The translations under genes and the position numbers were made by a program. 52,679 bases of DNA from Betaproteobacteria bacterium RIFCSPLOWO2_12_FULL_62_13 (GTDB lineage: Bacteria; Pseudomonadota; Gammaproteobacteria; Burkholderiales; SG8-41): contig MERG01000418.1 of NCBI GenBank assembly GCA_001771985.1, forward strand, positions 1 through 52,679, given 5' to 3'. The notes beneath the pieces were generated by a model, which was not told the DNA's origin, did not search any database, and saw only the letters and a program-made list of their open reading frames with translations. Shown here one piece after another: positions 7,686-18,675 of this stretch; position 1 is the first letter of the stretch; every line of letters begins with the position of its first letter.

Positions 7686-9184
7686 TCGGGCGCTCCCCCG
7701 TCGGCGGCACCGTCCGTCCTCTGCCGCGCGGCGCGCTTTTCTTCTTCGGCCTCCCGTCTTCCTGCCGCGCGCAGCTCGCGCGATCTTACCAGGAGCGAAA
7801 CCGCAACCCAGGCGGCGAGCAGTGCCAGCGGAACGCCGACGACGAGCGGCCACAGCAAGGCGACGGCGGCGAACGCCAGCAGCGCAACGGCCACGCCGAG
7901 CATCGTACCGGCCTCGGCAGGCCCGAGCACGCGGCGATTGGTGATCGCCGCGCCCACGGTGTTTCCGAAACGCAGCGCCCCGGCCGCGGCGCGCGAGGCG
8001 CTGCCGCCGCGCGCCCGGCCGCGCCGGCGCGGCGCCGCCGGGCGCACGCGGTTACGCGCCGAGAGCACGATTTCGGTGGCGTTCGCGAGATCCTCCTCAT
8101 ACATTTGCTGCATCGCCACGGCGAAACGCTGATCCTCGACCGCGACATCGAGTTCGTAATTGCCGATCCAGCTCGACAAATTGAGATTGGACGAACCCAC
8201 GCGCGCCCAGCGGCCGTCGGCCACCGCGGTCTTCGCGTGCAGCATCGGACCATTCCACTCGAAGACCCGGATGCCGGCCTCGAGCAGCGGACGGTAACCG
8301 GAGCGCGACAGGGCCGAAAGCACCGGCAGATCGCTCGCACCGGGCACGAGCAGCCTCACATCCACGCCGTCCATCGCGGCTGCGCGCAGCGCCTGCACAT
8401 AGGGCGTGGTGCCGACAAAATAGGCGTCGGTGAGCCACAGTATGCGGCGCGCCATCGCCGCAATCAGCTGATCAAGGCGATAGAGCGCGGCGATATTCGG
8501 CGCCGTGGCGAGCACGCGCACCATCACTTCGCCTGCGGCAGCGATGGCGTCGGGATCGGTGAGCTCGTCTTCGGAAATCGGCCCACCAGCCGCCGCCCAA
8601 ACCTCGGCAAAAGCGCGTTCGATATCGGCGACTGCCGGACCGTGCACCTCGACCCCGGTGTCGCGCCACGGTTCAATCCCGCGCGCGGGGTCGCCGACCC
8701 ATCTGCGGCTCACGCACAACCCCGTCACGAAACCCACGCGGCCGTCCACCGCAATCATCTTGCGGTGGTCGCGCATCAGCCACCCGAACGGGCTGTCCAG
8801 CCGCGGCGGGCTGAAGCACCTCACCTCGCCGCCGGCAGCGATGAGCGGTTGCCACAGCCGCCGCGACGCTGCCCCGACGGCCCCCATCCAATCGTAGATC
8901 GCCCTGACACACACACCTTCGCGCGCCTTCGCTGCAAGCGCGGCGACGAATTCGCGCCCTATCCGGTCCTCGGCGATGATGTAGTTTTCGAAGTAGATCT
9001 TATGGGTGGCGGCGGCGATTGCCTCCAGCCAGGCCGGATAGTTTTCCGCGGCGTTTCTCAGTATCCGCACGCTGTTGTCCGGCACCAGGGGCGCGCCGGC
9101 GGCGCGCGAGAACGCCTGTTCGGCAAGCGCGCGAGCAAGCGGCATTGCCGGCGGCTCCAACTGCTTTGACCCGTATGGCTCCAC
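7673..9184 (-). CDS. Phospholipase D / cardiolipin synthase-like protein with C-terminal transmembrane segment
   Basis: Two HKD motifs (HRKMIAVDG and [20 protein letters not shown]). Hydrophobic stretch [31 protein letters not shown] near the C-terminus. Confidence 0.8.
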   Translation of the reverse strand: MEPYGSKQLEPPAMPLARALAEQAFSRAAGAPLVPDNSVRILRNAAENYPAWLEAIAAATHKIYFENYIIAEDRIGREFVAALAAKAREGVCVRAIYDWMGAVGAASRRLWQPLIAAGGEVRCFSPPRLDSPFGWLMRDHRKMIAVDGRVGFVTGLCVSRRWVGDPARGIEPWRDTGVEVHGPAVADIERAFAEVWAAAGGPISEDELTDPDAIAAAGEVMVRVLATAPNIAALYRLDQLIAAMARRILWLTDAYFVGTTPYVQALRAAAMDGVDVRLLVPGASDLPVLSALSRSGYRPLLEAGIRVFEWNGPMLHAKTAVADGRWARVGSSNLNLSSWIGNYELDVAVEDQRFAVAMQQMYEEDLANATEIVLSARNRVRPAAPRRRGRARGGSASRAAAGALRFGNTVGAAITNRRVLGPAEAGTMLGVAVALLAFAAVALLWPLVVGVPLALLAAWVAVSLLVRSRELRAAGRREAEEEKRAARQRTDGAADGGAPENRK

Positions 9185-9313
9185 TACAAGGCCTCATTCA
9201 TACTGCGCGCCGCCGCGGCCTCAGACCGGTAATCTCGGGCATGTAGTACCGACCTGTCGGCCGCCAAGTGCCGCTCCCGCACTCGGCCGCTCTGCGGCAC
9301 CGAGTCGCGCCAC

Positions 9314-10768
9314 TTACATCAATATGATGTCGAACTGTTCCTGGTTGTACACCGTCTCGACCTGGAGCGACACCGGCTTGCCGATGAAGTCGGACAGTAT
9401 CGCCAGGCTCTGCGATTCCTCGTCCAGAAACAGGTCGATCACCTGCTGCGAGGCGAGGATGCGGAACTCGCGCGCGCTGAACTGGCGCGCCTCGCGCAGC
9501 AGTTCGCGCAGAATCTGGTAGCACACCGTCTGCGCGGTCTTCAGCTCCCCGCGGCCCTCGCACACCGGGCACGGCTCGCACAGCACGTGAGCCAGGCTCT
9601 CGCGCGTGCGCTTGCGCGTCATCTCCACCAGTCCGAGCTGGGTGAAGCCGTTCACCGTCATGCGCGTGCGGTCGCGCGCGAGGGCCTTGCGGAATTCATT
9701 GAGCACGGCGTTCTTGTGCTCCTCGGTGTCCATGTCGATGAAGTCGATGATGATGATGCCGCCCAGGTTTCTCAGCCGCAACTGGCGCGCGATCACCTGC
9801 GCCGCCTCGAGATTCGTCTTGAATATGGTGTCGTCGAAGCTGCGGCCGCCGACGAAACCCCCGGTGTTGACATCGATCGTGGTGAGCGCCTCGGTCTGGT
9901 CCACGATCAGGTAGCCGCCGGATTTCAGCTCCACGCGGCGCGCCAGCGCCTTCTCGATCTCGTCCTCGACTCCGTAGAGATCAAGCAACGGGCGCTCGCC
10001 CTGGTAGTGCTCGATCCGTTCGACCATCGTGGGCGTGAACTCCTGGGCGAAGGCTTGCATGCTCTGAAACGTCTCGTGCGAGTCGACCGGGATGCGGATC
10101 GTCTCCTCATGTACGAAATCGCGCAACACCCGCAGGCTGAGATTCAGGTCCTGATAGAGCAGCGTCAACGGAGCGGCCGTTTGCGCCCGCTCCTGGATGC
10201 CGCGCCAGAGCTTCCTCAGGTACTCGACGTCGGAAGCGAGTTCGCGGTCGGAAGCGGTTTCCGCCACGGTGCGGATGATGAAGCCGCCCTTCTCGTCGGG
10301 TGGCAGCACCTGCTGCAGTTTCTCGCGCAAGTGCTGGCGCTCTTCTTCGTCCTCGATGCGCTGCGAGATGCCGATGTGCGACTCCTGCGGCAAAAAGACC
10401 AGGAAGCGGCCGGCGATGCTGATCTGCGTCGAAAGGCGCGCGCCCTTGGTGCCGATCGGGTCCTTGACCACTTGCACCGTCAGGTTCTGGCCTTCGGCGA
10501 GGAGCTTTTCGATCGGCGTGCCGTGATCGCCGTTGTCCCGGCTGCTCCAGATGTCGGCCACGTGCAGGAATGCCGCGCGTTCACCCCCGATATCGACGAA
10601 GGCCGACTGCATCCCCGGCAGCACGCGGATCACCCGTCCCGTGTAGATGTTGCCGACGAGCCCGCGGGCCGAAGCGCGCTCGATATGCAGCTCCTGAGTG
10701 ACACCGTGTTCGATCACGGCGACGCGCGTCTCCTGCGGCGTGACGTTGATGAGGATTTCTTCAGTCAT
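9314..10768 (-). CDS. rng: Ribonuclease G
   Basis: S1 domain GNIYTGRVIRVLPGMQSAFVDIG followed by an RNase E/G catalytic core. 484 aa. It sits in the conserved rng-maf neighbourhood. Confidence 0.9.
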   Translation of the reverse strand: MTEEILINVTPQETRVAVIEHGVTQELHIERASARGLVGNIYTGRVIRVLPGMQSAFVDIGGERAAFLHVADIWSSRDNGDHGTPIEKLLAEGQNLTVQVVKDPIGTKGARLSTQISIAGRFLVFLPQESHIGISQRIEDEEERQHLREKLQQVLPPDEKGGFIIRTVAETASDRELASDVEYLRKLWRGIQERAQTAAPLTLLYQDLNLSLRVLRDFVHEETIRIPVDSHETFQSMQAFAQEFTPTMVERIEHYQGERPLLDLYGVEDEIEKALARRVELKSGGYLIVDQTEALTTIDVNTGGFVGGRSFDDTIFKTNLEAAQVIARQLRLRNLGGIIIIDFIDMDTEEHKNAVLNEFRKALARDRTRMTVNGFTQLGLVEMTRKRTRESLAHVLCEPCPVCEGRGELKTAQTVCYQILRELLREARQFSAREFRILASQQVIDLFLDEESQSLAILSDFIGKPVSLQVETVYNQEQFDIILM

Positions 10769-10793
10769 CGGGCCCGACGCGGGCTAGGAGTTT

Positions 10794-11026
10794 GCCGGAC
10801 CCCGGATCAGAGTCCGGGGCAAGCTTAACCCCGACAAACGCCTCAGGCAAAACCGCCTGCTGGAAAACAGCGAAAAAGGGACTTGAAAACACAAACTCGA
10901 CCCCGCTTTCATCGCCACTCGCAGGCCAACAGGGCGTGTTCTGTCAGATCTCATGCTTCAGGCGGTTTTGCTTTAACAGCCTGTCGGGCCTGCTAAGCTT
11001 GCCCCGGACTTGATCCGGGGTCCGAC
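10794..11026. mobile_element. MITE-like 233-nt element with about 35-bp terminal inverted repeats
   Basis: The left end is GCCGGACCCCGGATCAGAGTCCGGGGCAAGCTTAAC. The reverse complement of the right end is GTCGGACCCCGGATCAAGTCCGGGGCAAGCTTAGC. Inner segments are also complementary (GCAAAACCGCCTG at 10848-10860 against 10960-10972). It has no coding capacity. Confidence 0.55.
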
Positions 11027-11032
11027 GGGCTG

Positions 11033-11653
11033 CTAGAGCACTTCGATGTCGAACCTCTGCAGCAGCTCCGCGGTTTCAGCGAGCGGCAGCCCCATGATAC
11101 CCGAGTAGCTGCCGGTGATCCGCGTGACGAACGCCGCAGCGCGTCCCTGGATCGCGTAGGCGCCGGCCTTGTCGAACGGCTCGCCGCTTGCAATATAGCG
11201 CCGTGCTTCCGCTTCGGAAAGCGTCCGGAACTCGACCGACGATATCGAGACGCTGCTCTCCACCCGATCGCGCAAGGCGACCGCGACGGCGCTGATCACC
11301 CGGTGCTCCCGGCCCGCCAGCGCGGAAAGGATCTGCACGGCGTGCTCGGCGTCCTGCGGTTTGCCGATGATCTCGTCGCCGAGGACCACCGTCGTATCGG
11401 CGGCAAGAACCGGATACGGCTGCAGACGACGCGGCGCCAGCTTTTCGGCGGCGACCCGGGCCTTGGCACGGGCGATGCGCAGCACATATTCGGCGGCCGG
11501 CTCGCCGGCAAGCGGTGTTTCGTCGACGTCGATACCGCGTCGCGGATCCTCCCGCAGCAGCAGCAGCTCGAAGCCGACGCCGATCTGCTTCAACAGATCG
11601 CGCCGGCGCGGGCTGCGCGACGCAAGGTAGATGCGTTTGTCGCTAGTGCTCAT
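11033..11653 (-). CDS. maf: Maf-family nucleoside triphosphate pyrophosphatase
   Basis: IYLASRSPRRRDLLKQIG N-terminal motif and a KAGAYAIQG motif. 206 aa. Confidence 0.85.
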   Translation of the reverse strand: MSTSDKRIYLASRSPRRRDLLKQIGVGFELLLLREDPRRGIDVDETPLAGEPAAEYVLRIARAKARVAAEKLAPRRLQPYPVLAADTTVVLGDEIIGKPQDAEHAVQILSALAGREHRVISAVAVALRDRVESSVSISSVEFRTLSEAEARRYIASGEPFDKAGAYAIQGRAAAFVTRITGSYSGIMGLPLAETAELLQRFDIEVL

Positions 11654-11657
11654 TTTG

Positions 11658-11740
11658 TTGAGGGATTAGGGATCAGGGGCTAGGGACTAGTGCGAAACTC
11701 CGTAAGTGTGTTCTAGCCCCTAGCCTCTAGCCCCTATGGT
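11658..11740. repeat. Heptad hairpin (NNNAGGG x5, 20-nt loop, CTAGCCC x4)
   Basis: The left arm is TTGAGGG ATTAGGG ATCAGGG GCTAGGG ACTAGTG. The right arm is CTAGCCC CTAGCCT CTAGCCC CTATGGT. GGGGCTAG segments are complementary. The right arm overlaps the rlmH stop codon and its last 4 codons. Confidence 0.75.
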
Positions 11741-12206
11741 AAGGATGACCACTCAACATCGACACCGCACGATAGAGCTGTTCGGCAAGCACGATGCGCA
11801 CGAGTCCGTGCGGCAAAGTAAGCGGCGAAAGCGACCACACCAGGTCCGCCTGCTCCTTGAGCGCCGCCGCCGTGCCGTCGGCGCCGCCGATGATGAAAGC
11901 CACGTCGCGCCCCGCCCCGCGCCAGCGCGCTATGCTGTCGCAGAGTTGCCGCGTCGCGAAACTCTTGCCGCGCTCGTCGAGCACCACCTTGTAGCAGCCG
12001 CCCGGCAGCGCCGCGGCAATGCGCCTGTGCTCGGCCTGCAACGCACGCTGCACTGCGCCCGCGCCCGCACGGCTGCTGCGGACTTCCGGCTTGATTTCGA
12101 TCAGCGCGAGCCGCGCTTCCCGCGGCAGGCGCCGTGCGTATTCCTCGAAACCTGCCTCGATCCACGCCGGCATCCTGTGGCCGACCGTCACCGCCAGGAA
12201 TTTCAC
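11727..12206 (-). CDS. rlmH: 23S rRNA (pseudouridine1915-N3)-methyltransferase RlmH
   Basis: SPOUT-type sequence KFLAVTVGHRMPAWIEAGFEEYARRL...IIGGADG...LSLSPLTLPH. A GTG start at 12206 overlaps the rsfS stop codon (GTGA). 159 aa. Confidence 0.9.
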   Translation of the reverse strand: MKFLAVTVGHRMPAWIEAGFEEYARRLPREARLALIEIKPEVRSSRAGAGAVQRALQAEHRRIAAALPGGCYKVVLDERGKSFATRQLCDSIARWRGAGRDVAFIIGGADGTAAALKEQADLVWSLSPLTLPHGLVRIVLAEQLYRAVSMLSGHPYHRG

Positions 12207-12571
12207 GCGGCGTGGCGGGCACTGCCCGCACGTCCCCGCGCCCTGCGCGCCGGCGGGGCCCAGAGTTCTTCGAGGTTGTAATATTGGCGGATCGCCGGTT
12301 GCATGATGTGAACCACCACCGCCCCCAGGTCGACCAGTATCCACTCGCCGGCCCGTTCTCCCTCCACACCGTAGATGGTTGCGCCAAGCGCCTTCAGTTT
12401 TTCCTGGACGCTGTTGGAAAGCGCCTTGCTCTGGCGAGTGGAATCGGCGCTTGCGATGATGATTCTGTCAAACAGCGAAGTCATGCGCTTCACGTCCAGG
12501 ACCACGATGTCGCGCGCCTTGATGTCTTCGAGCGCGGCCACCGTGGCGTTCACCAGTTTGCCGATTCTCAT
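12203..12571 (-). CDS. rsfS: Ribosome silencing factor RsfS
   Basis: ALEDIKARDIVVLDV...FDRIIIASADSTRQ...GEWILVDLGAVVVHIM...YNLEELW. ATG 12571 is preceded by AGGAGG. Confidence 0.9.
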   Translation of the reverse strand: MRIGKLVNATVAALEDIKARDIVVLDVKRMTSLFDRIIIASADSTRQSKALSNSVQEKLKALGATIYGVEGERAGEWILVDLGAVVVHIMQPAIRQYYNLEELWAPPARRARGRAGSARHAA

Positions 12572-12623
12572 CAACCTCCTATTGAACCTCGTGCAAATGC
12601 GTGGCAGCGCGTCTGCACCTCGA

Positions 12624-12657
12624 ATCCCCCTTCTCCCCCCGGGAGAAGGGCGGGGAT
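12624..12657. repeat. C-run/G-run REP-like hairpin
   Basis: CCCTTCTCCC (12628-12637) pairs perfectly with GGGAGAAGGG (12641-12650) across a 3-nt loop. It resembles the hairpin at 25941-25980. Confidence 0.5.
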
Positions 12658-12691
12658 AAGGGATGAGCGGCATCGTGCATTCTTACCACGC

Positions 12692-13357
12692 TCATCCAAC
12701 GTACAATCCTTTCGCCTGAATATAATCGAGAACGGAGTCGGGAAGCAAATAACGGGGGCTTGCGCCCGAGCGCACGCAATCGCGGATCAGAGTGGCCGAA
12801 ATATCGAGCGCGGCGATCGCGATTACGACAATGCCGCCCGCTGGTGCGAGATGCACCGCGAGCGGCTGTTGCATCGTGCGGGAAGCGTATTCGCGCGCGA
12901 GCGGCTGCGGCATGCGGTCCTGCCAGATGTTGACCGGATAGCCCGGGCGGTGCGCCACCACGACGTGCGCAAGCCTGAAAAGCTCATGCCAGCGGCTCCA
13001 CGTCGCGAGATCGAGAAAGGCGTCGGCGCCGAGCAGCAGGCATATCGCACGCGTTGCCCCGACTTCCCGGCGCAACTCGCCGAGGGTATCCACCGTGTAA
13101 CCCGGCCCGTCGCGTCTGGTTTCACGATCATCGACCGTAAACAACCGGTTGTCCCCGATCGCGAGCCGCACCATCGCCAGCCGATGGGCGGCGGACACGT
13201 CAGGCGCGGCCCGATGCGGCGGCGTGCCGCTTGGAACGAAGCGCACGTGATCGAGTCTGAGCTTCTCCGCGACTTCCTGCGCGAGGCGCAGATGACCGAA
13301 GTGGATGGGGTCGAACGTCCCCCCGAGAACTCCGATCGGCGCGGTTGCGGTCACCAT
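12692..13357 (-). CDS. nadD: Nicotinate-nucleotide adenylyltransferase
   Basis: GVLGGTFDPIHFGHL nucleotidyltransferase motif. It sits in the conserved nadD-rsfS-rlmH order. Confidence 0.9.
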   Translation of the reverse strand: MVTATAPIGVLGGTFDPIHFGHLRLAQEVAEKLRLDHVRFVPSGTPPHRAAPDVSAAHRLAMVRLAIGDNRLFTVDDRETRRDGPGYTVDTLGELRREVGATRAICLLLGADAFLDLATWSRWHELFRLAHVVVAHRPGYPVNIWQDRMPQPLAREYASRTMQQPLAVHLAPAGGIVVIAIAALDISATLIRDCVRSGASPRYLLPDSVLDYIQAKGLYVG

Positions 13358-13371
13358 TCGTCAACCGCCGC

Positions 13372-13455
13372 GGAGAGGAGAAAAGAGAAAGGAGAAAGGA
13401 GTAGAGCGCCCCGCGCACGGTTTACACCCCTCTCTTCTCTTTCCTCTCCCCTCTC
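13372..13455. repeat. Polypurine arm / polypyrimidine arm hairpin (GGAGAAA-type heptads)
   Basis: 13372-13406 is GGAGAGGAGAAAAGAGAAAGGAGAAAGGAGTAGAG. 13427-13455 is CCCCTCTCTTCTCTTTCCTCTCCCCTCTC. The arms are complementary apart from A/G transitions. Confidence 0.75.
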
Positions 13456-13466
13456 GCTTCATATGA

Positions 13467-14819
13467 CTAGAGAACGAGTCTGCGTATATCCGAAAGCACG
13501 TTGCTCAGATAGGAGATGAAGCGCGCACCCTGAGCGCCGTCGATCACGCGGTGGTCGTAGGACAGCGACAGGGGCAGGATGAGGCGCGGCGTGAATTCCT
13601 TGCCGTTCCACAGCGGCTTCATCAGCGCCTTGCCGACCCCGAGAATCGCCACCTCAGGCGCGTTGATGATCGGCGTAAACATGGTGCCGCCGATGCCCCC
13701 CAGGCTGGAAATCGAAAAACACCCGCCCTGCAGGTCGGCTGGCGAAACCTTGCCGGTACGCATGCGCGCGCTTGCCTCTCCCAGCTCCTTGGCAAGTTCC
13801 AGCAGGCCTTTCTTGTCGACATCGCGGATCACCGGCACTACCAGGCCGTTCGGCGTGTCGACCGCGATGCCGATGTGATAGTACTGCTTCAGAATCAGGC
13901 TCTCGCCGTCCGCTGAAAGCGAAGCGTTGAACTGCGGGTGCTGCTTGAGCGCCACCACTGAAGCCTTCATCACGAAACCGAGCATGGTGAACTTGATGCC
14001 GCTTTTTCTCGCTTCCTCGGCCTGCGTCTTGCGGAACGCTTCGAGCTCCGTAATGTCGGCTTCGTCATGCTGCGTGACATGAGGAATGCTCACCCAGTTG
14101 CGATGGAGGTTGGCGCCGGACAGCTTCTTGATGCGCAACAACGGCTGCATCTGGATCGGCCCGAACTTCGCGAAATCCACCTGGGGCGGCGGCGGCACAC
14201 CGAAGCCGATGCCGCCTTCCGCAGCGCGCGGGCGGGCGAGCTCGGTCTTGATGTAATTCTGAACGTCTTCCTTGAGAATGCGCTCTTTCGCTCCCGTGCC
14301 TTTCACGCGCGAGAGATCCACGCCAAACTCGCGCGCGAGCCGCCGTACCGCGGGACTGGCGTGTGCCTTGCCAAAAGCGGCTTCGTCCACCCCCTCTTGT
14401 CTCCCCCCCTTAGCCAATGGGGGAGATGGGGGCGGTGCGGCTATGGCCGGCGGCGAAGCAACCGCAGGCTGCGGTGCGGCAAATCCCCCCGCTTCACCTC
14501 CCCGGTTGGGTGGGATTCCCGGCGCTGGAGGCGCCGCAACGGTGGTTGCGTTCTGCGCCGAGATAGCGGGAGCGCCATCAGCCGCCTCCAACAACAGCAC
14601 TAAGGTGCCTTCCGAAACCTTGTCGCCGACTTTGACGTTAAGTTCCTTCACCACACCGGCCGCGGGCGAAGGCACTTCCATCGTGGCCTTGTCGGACTCA
14701 AGCGTGATCAGGGAATCCTCTTTGCCGACAGTGTCGCCGGGCCTGACCAGAAGCTCGATCACCGGCACGTTCTTGAACTCGCCGATGTCGGGAACCTTGA
14801 CTTCCACCAAGTTGCTCAT
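13467..14819 (-). CDS. aceF: Pyruvate dehydrogenase E2, dihydrolipoyllysine-residue acetyltransferase (single lipoyl domain)
   Basis: Lipoyl motif [13 protein letters not shown]3-binding segment [16 protein letters not shown], and catalytic C-terminus [12 protein letters not shown]. Confidence 0.9.
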   Translation of the reverse strand: MSNLVEVKVPDIGEFKNVPVIELLVRPGDTVGKEDSLITLESDKATMEVPSPAAGVVKELNVKVGDKVSEGTLVLLLEAADGAPAISAQNATTVAAPPAPGIPPNRGGEAGGFAAPQPAVASPPAIAAPPPSPPLAKGGRQEGVDEAAFGKAHASPAVRRLAREFGVDLSRVKGTGAKERILKEDVQNYIKTELARPRAAEGGIGFGVPPPPQVDFAKFGPIQMQPLLRIKKLSGANLHRNWVSIPHVTQHDEADITELEAFRKTQAEEARKSGIKFTMLGFVMKASVVALKQHPQFNASLSADGESLILKQYYHIGIAVDTPNGLVVPVIRDVDKKGLLELAKELGEASARMRTGKVSPADLQGGCFSISSLGGIGGTMFTPIINAPEVAILGVGKALMKPLWNGKEFTPRLILPLSLSYDHRVIDGAQGARFISYLSNVLSDIRRLVL

Positions 14820-14835
14820 TATTGGCTCAACTTAA

Positions 14836-15105
14836 AGGATTGAGGTACTAGGATTGAGGATTGAGTTATTGATTCTTGCATAATGGGTTGACAAATAAGT
14901 GTCGTCCCCGCGAAGGCGGGGACCCATACTGAGCTGCCACGGAGACTGATGCGCCCTATGGATTCCCGTTTCCACGGGAATGACAACATGTCACTATTTC
15001 TGTCAACCACATATGCAAGGGTCAATAGTTCACATGCGCGCTTGACGCTTTTCCCTCAATCCTCGCTTCTCGATCCTCAATCCTCAATCCTAATACCTCA
15101 ATCCT
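14836..15105. repeat. 270-nt nested palindrome between aceE and aceF
   Basis: The outer AGGATTG heptad arms 14836-14865 and 15076-15105 are complementary at 29 of 30 positions. The middle arms 14875-14901 and 14992-15019 match at roughly 22 of 28. The inner unit is the two-hairpin element at 14901-14985. Confidence 0.85.
14901..14985. repeat. Two-hairpin REP-like element (copy 1)
   Basis: GTCCCCGC-GAAG-GCGGGGAC and ATTCCCG-TTTCCA-CGGGAAT hairpins are separated by a spacer. It has the same architecture as the reverse complement of 28541-28611. Confidence 0.7.
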
Positions 15106-15109
15106 GCCG

Positions 15110-17791
<2,682 letters not shown>

Positions 17792-17850
17792 CTTTGCGGG
17801 GCTACTGTGTTAGGTGATGTGGCACGTCGGTGCCCCGGGCCGGGGGACCG

Positions 17851-17859
17851 ATTATATCA
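17851..17859 (-). promoter_or_regulatory. Candidate extended -10 promoter element for aceE
   Basis: The reverse complement reads TGATATAAT (TGnTATAAT) about 60 nt upstream of the aceE ATG. I found no convincing -35. Confidence 0.35.
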
Positions 17860-17908
17860 CCGCGGTGCGGCGTTTCGCCGCATGCTGCGGCGCAGAAAAA
17901 CAGGAGAA

Positions 17909-18063
17909 GCTTTGCCGCAAAGGACGCTAAGAACGCCAAGGAAAAGCAATAATGCACCCTGTCAACAGATATTTCCCCAGTTCGCCCGAGTCGTCTGATG
18001 ACAAGTTGTCTTCAGATTTTTCTCTACATGCCGTTCCTTTCTTCGCGTCCTTGGCGGCAATGC
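17909..18063. repeat. Inverted AAGGACG-type heptad arms flanking an ~85-nt lower-GC core
   Basis: The left arm contains TTGCCGCAAAGGACGCTAAGAA (17912-17933). The reverse complement of the right arm contains TTGCCGCCAAGGACGCGAAGAA, with 2 mismatches. The right arm abuts the stop codon of the crotonase remnant. Confidence 0.7.
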
Positions 18064-18064
18064 T

Positions 18065-18457
18065 TTAATGGCCTGTAAATTTCGCGGGGCGTTTTTCGAG
18101 AAAGGCGCGCATGCCTTCCTTCTGGTCAGCGGTAGCAAAGGCGAGCGCAAAAAGACTGCTTTCCAATACGCAGGCATTGCCAAGATCGAGGTCGTGGCCG
18201 CGCTGCGCAGCCTGCTTCGCAAGCCGCACCGCCACGGGGCCTTTGGCGGCGATCGCTCGCGCCATCTCCAGGCCCTTTTCCTTGAGTTCGGCGGCGGCAT
18301 AGACGTGATTGGCGAGGCCGATACGAACCGCTTCGTCGGCTTTAACGTGGCGGGCGGTCGTCAGTAATTCGAGAGCCATGGGCGCGCTCGGGCGGTTGAC
18401 CGTGAGAAGATAAATCTCCGTCTCGGGCTGCTCGAGCAGAATGTTTTGGAATGCCAT
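18065..18457 (-). pseudogene. Enoyl-CoA hydratase/isomerase (crotonase) with a large internal in-frame deletion
   Basis: The N-terminus MAFQNILLEQPETEIYLLTVNRP joins directly to the C-terminal third ..LELLTTARHVKADEAVRIGLANHV...QKEGMRAFLEKRPAKFTGH. That leaves 130 aa against the roughly 260 aa typical of crotonases. The oxyanion-hole region is absent. Confidence 0.6.
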
Positions 18458-18675
18458 CGTCAATACCCTTTGTGGAAAATCAAACTTTTCCTGCATTGGA
18501 ACCTGGAATGGATCTTGATAATATTGTCGTCGAACTCAAGCAGCAGGTGAGCCAGCGTACGCCGCCGTGCAGTCCACCGCGAAGGCATGTTGCAGCTTAT
18601 CCTGTGTGAAGTGCCGTTGCAGACTTTGCGCGTCGTGAACAACATGCCAGGATTTTCGGTTGACCCGGACCGAGC

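Noticed and set aside
14819-15025. A 68-codon minus-strand ORF (..FPWKRES..VPAFAGTT..) in the aceE-aceF gap
   Set aside because: The peptide motifs are the familiar read-through translation of GC-hairpin REP elements. The region is a nested palindrome.
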